The notes under the pieces are model-generated. The model was not told the origin of the DNA and made no database searches. It was given only the letters and a program-made list of their open reading frames with translations. A program made the position numbers and the translations under genes. A DNA stretch of 64,000 nucleotides from Calditrichaceae bacterium (lineage in GTDB: Bacteria; Calditrichota; Calditrichia; RBG-13-44-9; J075), in contig JABWBP010000026.1 of NCBI GenBank assembly GCA_013360445.1, forward strand, positions 6,389 through 70,388, read 5' to 3'. Numbering within the stretch: the stretch's first letter is position 1; the number at the start of each line of letters is the position of its first letter. Shown in pieces: positions 25,488 to 34,873 of this stretch.

Positions 25488-28400
25488 TCATTTTTCCCCT
25501 CCCCCGGATTTTTGCAGCGAAAACATCCCCAAAAATTTGGCCATGGCCGGGATCAGGGCGGCGATGGTGGTCAGCACGGTAATGGTGGTATTGATCAAAT
25601 CGCGCTGGGTAGTGAACAGAAAGCCCACCCCCACGATCAACGCCAGCAGCAGGGGGCCTTTCACGGAATTCCAGCCCCCGGGGGTTCCTTCTTCGGCAAG
25701 GTCTTCCGGGCGGTAGGCGGCGGCGATAAAGCGCCGGAAACTTTCATTCATCAGCCGGATGAAGGGCTTCTGCACGATCAACCGCTTGCGCAGCAGTTGC
25801 TGCACCACCGGCGCGTTGCTGGAATTTACCATCCCGTCTTCCGCTAAATGGATCAGCGCCAGCCGTTCCGGCCCATTGCAGGCGTCCCACAGAATTTTGT
25901 AGAACGAGTAGGCGCGCACCGCCACTTCGTGAATCAGTTGATCCGCGGTGAGCCGGCTGCAATCGAGTTGCTGCACGATTTCGCGGCCGATTTTTTGTAA
26001 ACGCGAATTGGCCCCGCACTCCTGCTCGAATGCTTCCACCAACCGGTTCCGCGCCTTTCGCTCGGATTTCACCCGGGTGTTTTCCCTCCCCGCCCAGACT
26101 TTTTCCCGGAAAATGGCCGCGGTGGCGGCAAATTCGCTCGCATCCCCGCGGTCCTCCAGGTAAACCTGGTCGAAATGGCTGAGCAGCCGCGCCCAGCGGG
26201 AAATATCTTCCCGGGTTATGGATTCTGTTTTCTCCCCCGCATTCGCGGGCGGGCCGGCAATCTCTGAATCCAGGTAAGGAAGGGGATCCAGCGCGGAAAG
26301 GATTACCACGGTGCGGCGCTCCCGGTGCACCAGGCGCTCCAGCAGGGCCAGGATTTCCCGGTTGGGAAGGTCCGGATCGAAACGGGTCTCGAAGTGATCC
26401 AACACCAGGGGAATCGCGCGATCTTCGGGTAAACGCAGATCCGCTAAAGCGCCCCCTGCGGGGGAAGCGGTTTCGGCCAGGTCGATCAAATGGAAATCAT
26501 CGCGCTCCTTTTTCCGGGCTTCTAACAGCTCGCTTTTACCGGATACCGGGGGAGCCAGCACCAACAGATTCCGCCGGAAATTCAGGTTTCGCAACTCCCG
26601 CAGGGCGGGGTTGCCGGGGCGGTAAAATTCAAGAAAAACGATACGCTGCGCCACGAAGCGAAACACCAGGTACTGGACGGCTATGATGGCCGCCAGACCC
26701 ATCCACCATAAAATATCCCAATAGAAACCGGCGCCCGGCAGGGCGGTAGCGATGGCCAGGCGCTTCCGGGGAGCGCTTTCATAGGTTAATTTTAAGAAAT
26801 CGCCCTCCCGCAGGGGCACCATGGCAGTTTTCCAGGAACCGTCTTCGGAGGAATCGGGAATCAATCCGCGAATCTGGGCGGAGGTCAAATTGTACGGAGG
26901 CCGGAGAAAAGCGAGCACCTGTTTCAGGGTCAGGTTTACCAGAAAGGGGGAGGCCTCCTCCGGAGCCAGCAGTGAATCTGCGGTTACGATGCGGGAAGAA
27001 AAGAAAAATTTGAAATAGCGCCCTAACGAGTCCGCCAGTGCCTGGCGCTCCTGTTGAATGGGGGCGCGCAGCGCCGGATCGACCTTCAGGCTTTGAATTT
27101 CGGCGCGCGCCCGGGCGTCGCCGGCGAGCATTTTTTTCGCCATATCGAACTGCTCGTGCTTGATAAATAGTTCCACCTCATAGTCGGAGGCGATCTTGAA
27201 AAAGGCGATGGAGGGCAGTATGGCAACGATGATTACCAGCAAAGTCGCCATTACGATGAACCAGGTTCGGTATCCGAAGAGCTGGGTTTGCTTAAATCGC
27301 CGGGAAACCTCCGGCAGCGAAAGGAACAGCGCCATTCCTGCCAGCCCCCCGCACTGTACCAGGGTGCGCCAAAAAGAGGCGTGCAATAACGAAAATACCA
27401 TCAAGAGGATCAGAATTGCCCCTAACACGGAGTATCCTAAAATCCGTTGCCATTCCGGGAGATTCCCGGCCGCTCCCGGTTGGCGGCCATGGGATTTGGA
27501 GGAGGCTATTTCAAATTTCATGTCCCGCAGTTTCAAATAACTGAGCACCAGCACGAAATAGGGCAGCAATACCGCGGTGTAGAGGTTTTCTAAGGGGCGG
27601 GAGATGAATATCCAGATCAAAAAGAGCGCGATGAGAAAGAGAAACGCAATAGCCATCTGGCGATAGAAGCCGCTCAGGGCCGGTTCCGGCCACAGCCACT
27701 CCGCGCGGTAGCCGGGGCTGAAGATGCGCACAGCGCCCAAAATCAGCAAAAAGAGCGCGGCGTAGGCGATAAACAGCATCAGGGTAATGGTGATGATCTC
27801 CAGGTTGCCGGTACGGATGAAAACCATGTCGCAAAAGGTGACCAGGGTCCAATCCAGCTCTCTTGCGCCGGCCGCCCCGGCGGCGCTAAACGGGCGAATG
27901 TAAACCCGTTGATCCTTGCCGGCGTATTTCACCGTCTCCCACTTGGCGGTATGCCCGAACAGCGCGGAAACCAGCCCCTTGTTATTTTCGCACTCTTCGA
28001 TAAAGTTCTCCCGCAGGTTGCGCCGCTCATCGGAATGGAACAGCACCTTGCCGCTGCGGTCGATGACGCAGAATCCAAACCCGGCCGGAACCACCGGGCG
28101 GAGCAGGGACAACTGGCGGATGATCATGCTGGCCACGGTGATGGAATCGCGGGCGGCAGGCTCTTTTCCCGGGGCAGCCACGGCGGTCCATTTTCGCGCC
28201 GGAAAGGGCTTGGAAAGAATGACTTCATTTTTCCCGGTCGTCCAGGAATAGATCGATTCCACCCAAAAACCCTCTTTTTTGCCGTTTACCATTTTGAAGT
28301 AGGGGCGATCCCGCACGTTGATGTGCGAGGTAGTTTGATCCCCGGTGCTCCATTTGACGATCTGTTCGCCCCGGGAATCGATCCACACCGCCAGGTTAAA

Positions 28401-29741
28401 AAAAGGATAGCGCAGCGAAGCATTTGCGGCCGCGACACTCCCGCGCTCCCGGGGCGCTTCCCAGATATCCGTGGCGGAGAGTTTGTTTCTGAGAATTCCG
28501 CGATAAGCAAGGTCAAAAATGGCGTTGAGGGTATCCAACTGGGCAATGCCGCGCTCCAATTCCGCCCGGAAATTGGCGGAAACCTCGGCGGAGAAGTCCC
28601 GAAGCTGGCGATCCAGTTCCTGCTTATAATTCCGGTAAAACCGCCAGTCCAGCACGGAGACGGTTAACAGCGCCGCCCCGACCACCACGGATAACGCTAA
28701 AAAAAGCACGTCGGAGGTGCGCAAGCGGTCTTGGGGGCCTATTTTCCAGATTTTTAACAGCGGCCAGCTAATCGCGGTAAGGAGCGCCAGCAGTAAAAAA
28801 ATGATGATGAAATTATAGGAGATTGCGTGCGTTTCGGCGCGGAAGCGCTCGTTTGCGACCAGCGCGCACAGGCTCCATTCCACGTATTCGGGAGCATTGG
28901 AAGCGTTCTCCCCCGGGGGATTCTGCAAAAAAAGCTGCAAGGGTTGGATGAACAATTTGTAGTGGGTTCCTCCGAAGCTTGCCGCGGCGGTGTTGCTGGT
29001 GTGAATCAGGTCGGTCAATTTATAGGATTTGCCCCGGGGATCGCTGAGCGTTTCCAGATCCGTGGCCGATATTTCTTTGCCCCCCTTCTGGAAAATTACC
29101 TCTCCGCTGGAACGGGTTACCAATACGTCATCGAATATTTCCCGGCTCAGAATCGGCTGGAACAGCTCATCCAGGTTGCTGCGGGCGCGAATGGTAATGC
29201 GAACCTCCCCGCCGTTATTCTCGAAAACTCCCTGGTAGTCGTAATGAATCCAGTTCTGTTTCCCCTCTAAAAGAATGTGATGGGTAATGCGGTAATGGCC
29301 GGTTTGCTGGTGAATCCAGGAATAGTCCTCCCCGGAATGCTCCCCCGCCGGTGAAGAAGAATCTTTTCCCCCGGCGGGAATGGCAGCGGTTGCCGAAATT
29401 GGCTGCGGTGAGCGGAGAGCCGCGCTGTGCAACAACTCCACCGCCGGGGCAAGTTTCAGCTTGGAACGAATAATTGCGTTCACGCTGTCGGAGAAATTGG
29501 CCGCGTTATAGTTATTCCGCGCGGCGTGGCCGGCGGCATTGTGCAGAACCGTGATGTGGTTCTCGATTTTAGATTTTATCTGGTCGCCCAGGTCCTTGAG
29601 CACGCGCAGGTTGCGCCGGGTATGTTCAACCTCCTGGGAGGGAACATAGAAGACAAAATAAACCGCCACCGGGACGGCCAGGAGCAACAGCGGAAAATAT
29701 GAAAACTTAAGGCGGCGAACCGCGGCAAATGGCTTGATCAT
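25488..29741 (-). CDS. 1417-aa polytopic membrane protein: two extracytoplasmic domains (the second Cache-like) + cytoplasmic STAND-like P-loop NTPase
   Basis: About 12 hydrophobic helices. Extracytoplasmic blocks at aa ~34-315 and ~378-700; the latter has the Cache-like VRDRPYFKMV...SWTTGKNEVILSKPF. Walker A is LVLAPPVSGKSELL and a Walker B candidate is IPLVLDHFE, followed by TVVILSALDP. A helical/winged-helix-like tail (ERLALIHLAEDG) and two final TM helices follow. Confidence 0.7.
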   Translation of the reverse strand: MIKPFAAVRRLKFSYFPLLLLAVPVAVYFVFYVPSQEVEHTRRNLRVLKDLGDQIKSKIENHITVLHNAAGHAARNNYNAANFSDSVNAIIRSKLKLAPAVELLHSAALRSPQPISATAAIPAGGKDSSSPAGEHSGEDYSWIHQQTGHYRITHHILLEGKQNWIHYDYQGVFENNGGEVRITIRARSNLDELFQPILSREIFDDVLVTRSSGEVIFQKGGKEISATDLETLSDPRGKSYKLTDLIHTSNTAAASFGGTHYKLFIQPLQLFLQNPPGENASNAPEYVEWSLCALVANERFRAETHAISYNFIIIFLLLALLTAISWPLLKIWKIGPQDRLRTSDVLFLALSVVVGAALLTVSVLDWRFYRNYKQELDRQLRDFSAEVSANFRAELERGIAQLDTLNAIFDLAYRGILRNKLSATDIWEAPRERGSVAAANASLRYPFFNLAVWIDSRGEQIVKWSTGDQTTSHINVRDRPYFKMVNGKKEGFWVESIYSWTTGKNEVILSKPFPARKWTAVAAPGKEPAARDSITVASMIIRQLSLLRPVVPAGFGFCVIDRSGKVLFHSDERRNLRENFIEECENNKGLVSALFGHTAKWETVKYAGKDQRVYIRPFSAAGAAGARELDWTLVTFCDMVFIRTGNLEIITITLMLFIAYAALFLLILGAVRIFSPGYRAEWLWPEPALSGFYRQMAIAFLFLIALFLIWIFISRPLENLYTAVLLPYFVLVLSYLKLRDMKFEIASSKSHGRQPGAAGNLPEWQRILGYSVLGAILILLMVFSLLHASFWRTLVQCGGLAGMALFLSLPEVSRRFKQTQLFGYRTWFIVMATLLVIIVAILPSIAFFKIASDYEVELFIKHEQFDMAKKMLAGDARARAEIQSLKVDPALRAPIQQERQALADSLGRYFKFFFSSRIVTADSLLAPEEASPFLVNLTLKQVLAFLRPPYNLTSAQIRGLIPDSSEDGSWKTAMVPLREGDFLKLTYESAPRKRLAIATALPGAGFYWDILWWMGLAAIIAVQYLVFRFVAQRIVFLEFYRPGNPALRELRNLNFRRNLLVLAPPVSGKSELLEARKKERDDFHLIDLAETASPAGGALADLRLPEDRAIPLVLDHFETRFDPDLPNREILALLERLVHRERRTVVILSALDPLPYLDSEIAGPPANAGEKTESITREDISRWARLLSHFDQVYLEDRGDASEFAATAAIFREKVWAGRENTRVKSERKARNRLVEAFEQECGANSRLQKIGREIVQQLDCSRLTADQLIHEVAVRAYSFYKILWDACNGPERLALIHLAEDGMVNSSNAPVVQQLLRKRLIVQKPFIRLMNESFRRFIAAAYRPEDLAEEGTPGGWNSVKGPLLLALIVGVGFLFTTQRDLINTTITVLTTIAALIPAMAKFLGMFSLQKSGGGEK

Positions 29742-29870
29742 GAACCTGCCTCGTGGTAGCTGAATTTCATTTGACAGGAGAATTTAGAGAAACTCACGAG
29801 GGATTGCAATGGTTATCCTCGGGTATGCGTTCCCGGCGGGAGCAATTTGGAGACGGAAAAATTAACTTGC

Positions 29871-29899
29871 TTGACAATTTCTGCTTCAGCGCCTAACTT
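29871..29899 (+). promoter_or_regulatory. Possible promoter of the metal-uptake locus, overlapped by an inverted repeat
   Basis: TTGACA (29871-29876), 17 nt spacer, TAACTT (29894-29899). ACTTTT (29896-29901) - N12 - AAAAGT (29914-29919) overlaps the -10 box and TSS. Confidence 0.35.
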
Positions 29900-29938
29900 T
29901 TTCGACCTTTTTGAAAAGTAGCATCGGGGACCGGTTTT

Positions 29939-30271
29939 ATGGGAATGCAAAAAATCAAGCAATGCCTGCTGGTTGCAATCTTCGTTTTCTCGGCGATCGG
30001 GCAGGGCGTTTTCCATTCCCACGGCTTTTTCAGCATCGCCGGCGCGGCTCATCATTCCCCGCAAGCGGCGGAGCAGACACCCGCCCCGCTGAAAGCGCCG
30101 GTATGTTTCGCCTGCCTGGCGGAGCGAAATCCTTCCCATGTCCCGGTTATTCCTTATCTGGCGGAATGCCAGCCTCTGCAACTGTTCTGCAATCCCCTGC
30201 CGGCGGCTCCGGATATTTCTTCCCCGCTGTTTTTACGGTCTCCCCGTTCTCCCCCCGCACTTCCGGCTTAG
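29939..30271 (+). CDS. Small secreted His/Cys-rich protein (DUF2946-like?, tentative)
   Basis: 110 aa. Signal-like MQKIKQCLLVAIFVFSAIGQG, then HSHGFF..AAHHSP, CFAC, and further Cys residues. GC3-rich codon usage resembles the neighbouring genes. Sits first in the Znu-like cluster. Confidence 0.4.
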   Translation: MGMQKIKQCLLVAIFVFSAIGQGVFHSHGFFSIAGAAHHSPQAAEQTPAPLKAPVCFACLAERNPSHVPVIPYLAECQPLQLFCNPLPAAPDISSPLFLRSPRSPPALPA

Positions 30272-30491
30272 CTGCCAGGAAGCGATTTCTCGATAATCTT
30301 GCCAATTCAGGGATGGCGGATCTTCGCACCGCACCCCCCGGTTTTGACCCGCTTTTCTGCATATTCCTTCCTGGCGTTCGATTTCACCGAAAATTTCCGT
30401 GGAATTACGGGACTGCGCTGCCCCGGCGGCATGTTTTTCCCACCCGGGCAGTTCCTTACCAAACTCTATTGAAAAATGCGGGAGAATAACC

Positions 30492-31748
30492 TTGAAAATC
30501 TTACCCTTTCTCTTCTTGTTTGTTTTGATCCCCGGCTTGATTTCCCTTTCTGCCCAAACCGCCCTGCCGGATACCGCCTCCCGGGAATCTGCCCCTGCCC
30601 CGGCCGCGGAGAACCTCGGCGATGCGGCGCTGGAGGCGGAGCTGGCGGAGCAGTTGGGCGCGGAGGCAGATACAACCGCCGCAAAACCGCAAAGCTCTCC
30701 GGCGCTTCAGGGCAGCCAGGCTCGCCCGGGCGGGCTGCTCAATCCCCAGATCAGCGCCATCGGCAGCTTTGTGGCCGCCGGCACCGAAAAAGAAGCGGTG
30801 GTAAAACCGCTGAACCTGGGGCTTTCCGAGGCGGAATTCTCCTTCCAGGCGTACGTGGACCCTTACAGCAGGGCGGATTTCTATTTCGCCTTCGGCAGCG
30901 AAACCGAGGACCCTTTCCTGGGGCCGGATTCGGAAGCCGCCGCCAGTGGAGAATTTGAGGCAGAGTTGGAAGAGGCGTACCTGACCATCCTTTCGCTGCC
31001 GTTCGGTTTGCAAATCAAAGCCGGCAAATTCCGCAGCAATTTCGGGAGAATCAACCCGGTGCATCCCCACGCCCTGGATTATATCGACTACCCGCGCATG
31101 TATGTCAACTACCTGGGCGGGGAGGGCCTTTCCGACAAGGGGGCGGCCCTGAACTGGCTGATCCCCAATCCGCTCGATTTTTACCAGGAATTGAGCCTCG
31201 AGGTCACCTCCGCGGCGCTGGATGGTCCCTCGTTCCAGGGGGGCAGCAAACATTTGCTCTACCTGGGGCATTTGAAGAATTTTTTCGATCTGAACGATAA
31301 CACCACCCTGGAACTGGGACTGAGCGGCATTTACGGCCCCAACAATGCCGAAGGCGACAAAACCGCCATCGGCGCGGCGGATTTGACCCTGATCTGGAAA
31401 CCGCTGCGCTACAACCGCTATCGCAGCTTTGCCTGGACCACCGAGGCGCTGTTCAGCAACCGGAAAATGCCCGGGGAAGAGGTAAACAGCTATGCGTTAT
31501 ACAGTTTTATGCGCTACCAGATCGGGCGGCGCTGGTTTATCGGCGCTCGCTACGATTATTCGGAATTCCCGGAGCACAACTGCCGTAACGAGAAGGCTTA
31601 CTCCGCCATGCTGAATTTTTACGCCACGGAGTTTCAGAAAATCGAGCTGCAATTTCAGCACGGCGTTCCCGCGGAATTCGACAGTTTCAACCGGGTGCTG
31701 CTGCGGGCGGTGTTCGTGATTGGGGCGCACGGGGCGCATAAGTATTAG
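30492..31748 (+). CDS. Putative outer-membrane beta-barrel (porin-like) protein of the metal-uptake locus
   Basis: The track ORF starts at 30399. TTG 30492 follows a ggaga RBS and gives the signal peptide LKILPFLFLFVLIPGLISLSAQ. Alternating amphipathic strands and a C-terminal aromatic residue (…GAHKY). Family not recognised. Confidence 0.5.
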   Translation: MKILPFLFLFVLIPGLISLSAQTALPDTASRESAPAPAAENLGDAALEAELAEQLGAEADTTAAKPQSSPALQGSQARPGGLLNPQISAIGSFVAAGTEKEAVVKPLNLGLSEAEFSFQAYVDPYSRADFYFAFGSETEDPFLGPDSEAAASGEFEAELEEAYLTILSLPFGLQIKAGKFRSNFGRINPVHPHALDYIDYPRMYVNYLGGEGLSDKGAALNWLIPNPLDFYQELSLEVTSAALDGPSFQGGSKHLLYLGHLKNFFDLNDNTTLELGLSGIYGPNNAEGDKTAIGAADLTLIWKPLRYNRYRSFAWTTEALFSNRKMPGEEVNSYALYSFMRYQIGRRWFIGARYDYSEFPEHNCRNEKAYSAMLNFYATEFQKIELQFQHGVPAEFDSFNRVLLRAVFVIGAHGAHKY

Positions 31749-31795
31749 CAAGGATGAAGGAAAAAGGGAAAAGGAAAAAGAGAAAAGGATAGAGT

Positions 31796-32752
31796 ATGCG
31801 ATTGAAAATGAATTTTTCGCGGATAACGGTTATTTTCTTTCTGGTAACCAGTGTTTTGGCTTCGTTGACGGGTTTGAAGGCCGGGGACAGGCTGCGCATC
31901 GTCACTACCACGCCGGACCTGGCCAGCATTGCCAATGAGATCGGCGGGGAGCGAGTGGAAACGTTTGCCATTGCCAAAGGCTACCAGGACCCCCATTTCG
32001 TGGACGCCAAGCCCAGTTACATCATTGAATTGCAGAAGGCGGATATGTTCATCCAGATGGGGCTGGATCTGGAAATCGGCTGGGCGCCGCCGCTGTTGGA
32101 CGGCGCTCGCAACCCGGATATTCTGCCGGGCGGAAAGGGCTACCTGGACGCCTCCGCGGGGGTTCCCCTGCTGCAAGTTCCCACCGGCGATCCGGCAACC
32201 CTTCGCGCCCAGGGGGACATTCATATCTACGGGAACCCCCACTACTGGCTGGACCCCCTGCGCGGTAAAATCATCGCTCGAAATATTTTTGGCGGGTTGG
32301 CGCGGCTTCAACCGGAAAACCGGGCGGAATTCCAAAAAAATCTCGATCTTTTCGATCAAAAGCTTGATCAAGAGATGGCGAAATGGGAAAAACAGATGCA
32401 GCCTTACCGGGGAACCAAGATCGTGGCCTTCCACAATAGCTGGCCCTACTTCGAGGAGCGTTTCGGGCTTCAGATTGTGGGATTCATCGAGCCGAAGCCG
32501 GGCATCCCCCCCACCCCGAAGCACCTGGTGGAGGTCATCAAAACCATGCAGGAGCAGGGTGTTAAAATCATTATCATTTCCCCCTACTACAGCCAAAAAT
32601 CTTCCGAGCTGGTGGCCTCCAAAACCGGGGCGAAAGTACTGGAGTTGGCTACCTCCGTGGAGGCTTTCCCGGGAATCAACGATTATTTCGCTTTATTCGA
32701 TTACAACCTCGGGAAAATGCTGCAAGCGTTTCAGGAAAGTGGAAATAATTAA
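31796..32752 (+). CDS. Metal (Zn/Mn) ABC transporter substrate-binding protein, ZnuA/TroA family
   Basis: 318 aa. Signal peptide, KGYQDPHFVDAKPS, GDIHIYGNPHYWLDP and FHNSWPYF blocks. Confidence 0.85.
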   Translation: MRLKMNFSRITVIFFLVTSVLASLTGLKAGDRLRIVTTTPDLASIANEIGGERVETFAIAKGYQDPHFVDAKPSYIIELQKADMFIQMGLDLEIGWAPPLLDGARNPDILPGGKGYLDASAGVPLLQVPTGDPATLRAQGDIHIYGNPHYWLDPLRGKIIARNIFGGLARLQPENRAEFQKNLDLFDQKLDQEMAKWEKQMQPYRGTKIVAFHNSWPYFEERFGLQIVGFIEPKPGIPPTPKHLVEVIKTMQEQGVKIIIISPYYSQKSSELVASKTGAKVLELATSVEAFPGINDYFALFDYNLGKMLQAFQESGNN

Positions 32753-32794
32753 GCGTATCAGAATTCCAAAGTTGTCTTTCTACTTTGTCATTCT

Positions 32795-33056
32795 CCCGGA
32801 TAGCCGCATTCCCGTTAACCTTAGGTATTTTTAACCGCAAAGACCCCGGCCATCCGGGGCAAAGAAAACAGTGCTGATTTTTGTGAAGATCAGGAGGAAT
32901 TTCAGGCGAAATACTTAGGTTAACGCGAATGCGGATAGCCGGGATCTCATTTGCGCTTCGCGTGTCATTGATAGTCATTACCAGCTCAAAAGGGGCTCCT
33001 CAGGAGCGGCATCATTCGTTCCCTGCCGCAATGAATGACCATCAATGACAGCGAAG
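32795..33056. repeat. Two adjacent large imperfect palindromes (MITE-like) between znuA-like and znuB-like genes
   Basis: Palindrome 1 has arms cccggatagccgcattcccgttaaccttaggtat (32795-32828) and atacttaggttaacgcgaatgcggatagccggg (32911-32943), with an inner hairpin ccccgg-ccat-ccgggg. Palindrome 2 pairs gcttcgcgtgtcattgatagtcatt (~32955-32979) with aatgaccatcaatgacagcgaagc (~33031-33054). Confidence 0.75.
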
Positions 33057-33108
33057 CATAATGACGGCAAAACCAAATGACTTTTTGTTTCAACAGGAGA
33101 GTTGTTCA

Positions 33109-33942
33109 ATGTTCGAGATGTTCGGATTATCGTTTATCGTCAACGCCCTCATCGCCTGCCTGATCATGGGGTTTTTGTTAGGCTATTTTGGTATTCACGT
33201 GGTGGGAAGAGGCATCGTCTTCGTGGATTTGGCGCTGGGGCAGATTTCTTCCCTGGGAGTGGCCCTGGCCGAATTTCTCCACTACGGAGATGACTGGCTG
33301 CCGATCATTTTTACCCTGTTGGGCGCGGTGCTGCTCTCGTTCATCCACACCCGCGACCCGCGCATCAAATTAGAAGCGATCATCGGGATTATTTACGTGG
33401 CGGCTTCCGCGGTAACGGTGCTGATCATTTCCAAAAGCGCGCACGGCGACGCGGATATCCAGGAAGTGCTGTTCGGCGCGCTGCTGACTGTTTCCACCGC
33501 CGAGCTGGTAAAATTGGGCGTCGTTTTCGGCGTTCTGGCGCTGCTGCACGTGCTCTTTCGAAACCAGGTGTATCGCATTACCGAACGGATGCAAGCCGGG
33601 GAGATGGCTAAACCGGAGTGGAAAGACCAGACCTGGAACTTCTTTTTTTATCTCTCCATCGGGTTGGCGATTGTGTTTGCAGTGCGCATCGGCGGGGTGC
33701 TGCCGGTATTTGCCTACCTGGTGGTGCCGGCGGTCAGCGCCCTGATGGTTTCCCGGCGGCGCTGGATGATTATTCTCGTCGCCATGTTCAACGCCGGGGT
33801 TGCCAGCCTGGCCGGGCTGTGGTTTTCCTACACGTTCGATTTTCCCGCAGGCCCCGCGATCGTGGCTATGTTCGGAATTATTTTCCTCGGGGCAGTTATG
33901 TATCGGCTGTTTTGGCCGAAAATGGTTAAATCGGTGCGATAG
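33109..33942 (+). CDS. Metal ABC transporter permease, ZnuB/TroCD (ABC-3) family
   Basis: ATG 33109 after an aggaga RBS (track start 33061 lies inside the palindrome). Polytopic, about 8 TM, typical ABC-3 length. Confidence 0.85.
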   Translation: MFEMFGLSFIVNALIACLIMGFLLGYFGIHVVGRGIVFVDLALGQISSLGVALAEFLHYGDDWLPIIFTLLGAVLLSFIHTRDPRIKLEAIIGIIYVAASAVTVLIISKSAHGDADIQEVLFGALLTVSTAELVKLGVVFGVLALLHVLFRNQVYRITERMQAGEMAKPEWKDQTWNFFFYLSIGLAIVFAVRIGGVLPVFAYLVVPAVSALMVSRRRWMIILVAMFNAGVASLAGLWFSYTFDFPAGPAIVAMFGIIFLGAVMYRLFWPKMVKSVR

Positions 33943-33982
33943 TGTTAGGGTGTTAAAGTGTTCGAGTGCTCAAGTGTTTGAG
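33942..33982. repeat. Stutter repeat ('gtgtt/agtg' words) after the stop codon
   Basis: gtgttagggtgttaaagtgttcgagtgctcaagtgtttgag. Confidence 0.6.
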
Positions 33983-34171
33983 TAACTCAGCCATTTTAGG
34001 GCTTTCGCCCTTTTTATTGTACCACTGAACGCTAATGTGTTTCAATAACTCTGTGCGCTCAGTTGGGTACATTATTTTTTTCTGGCTCCCTCCCCGAAGG
34101 GGTTCCTTCGGAAAACACAAAAACACCGGAACACCATCGCACTGAAATAAATCGAAAGGAAAGCCGCTTCA

Positions 34172-34744
34172 ATGTCCAAGTCCATCTGTGTGTTTAGCGC
34201 CTCCAGCAACGCTATTGATATAAACTATTTCAAATTTGCCCGCAAACTGGGAGAGGAAATCGCCCGGCGGAAATATACCCTCATTTTCGGGGGCGGCGAG
34301 GTGGGGTTGATGGGGGCGGTGGCTGCGGGAGTGCGCAAAAATGGCGGCGCCATCGTGGGGGTGATTCCCAAAGCCCTGAACCAGCCCGGCATCGCTTACC
34401 GCGACGCCGACCACCTCATCGAGACCCGGGACCTGCGCCAGCGCAAGGCGATCATGGAATCCCGCGCGGATGCCTTTTTCGCCCTGCCGGGCGGTTTCGG
34501 CACCTTAGAAGAGAGCTTAGAAATCATTACCCTGAAGCAGCTTCGCCTGCTCGACAAACCCTTCGTATTTTTGAACGTGAACAACTTTTACGAGCCGTTG
34601 ATCGCCTTATTCGAGTATCTCTACCAGGAGAGATTTGCCAAACAGCACTTCCGGCAGTTGTATTTCTTTGCCAAAACCATTGAAGAAGCATTCGAATACT
34701 TAGACAATTACCAGCCGGTGGAATTGGAAGCGAAGTGGTTTTGA
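34172..34744 (+). CDS. LOG-family nucleotide phosphoribohydrolase (TIGR00730-type)
   Basis: 190 aa. GGGEVGLMG and PGGFGTLEE motifs. Confidence 0.85.
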   Translation: MSKSICVFSASSNAIDINYFKFARKLGEEIARRKYTLIFGGGEVGLMGAVAAGVRKNGGAIVGVIPKALNQPGIAYRDADHLIETRDLRQRKAIMESRADAFFALPGGFGTLEESLEIITLKQLRLLDKPFVFLNVNNFYEPLIALFEYLYQERFAKQHFRQLYFFAKTIEEAFEYLDNYQPVELEAKWF

Positions 34745-34873
34745 GGCTCTTCCGGTTATTTAACCTCCCGGAGATTCGGAACCCCCGGGAGGTTGATCGC
34801 TTAAATCTTTGCCGGTAAACAATTCCTTCCCCATATCCATTCCCATTTAAATCGCCGCCGTGGATAAAACCGG

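Noticed and set aside
29813-30489. ORFs 29813-30181 (minus, 122 aa) and 29911-30489 (plus, 192 aa) overlapping the small His/Cys-rich ORF
   Set aside because: Both are Arg-rich with no signal or motif. The 29939-30271 frame has a signal peptide and gene-like GC3 usage, so only that frame was kept, and at low confidence.
30501-32596. Antisense ORFs 30501-31271 (256 aa) and 31745-32596 (283 aa)
   Set aside because: They lie opposite the porin-like and ZnuA-like genes, which have signal peptides and family motifs. The antisense translations are Arg/Gly-rich.
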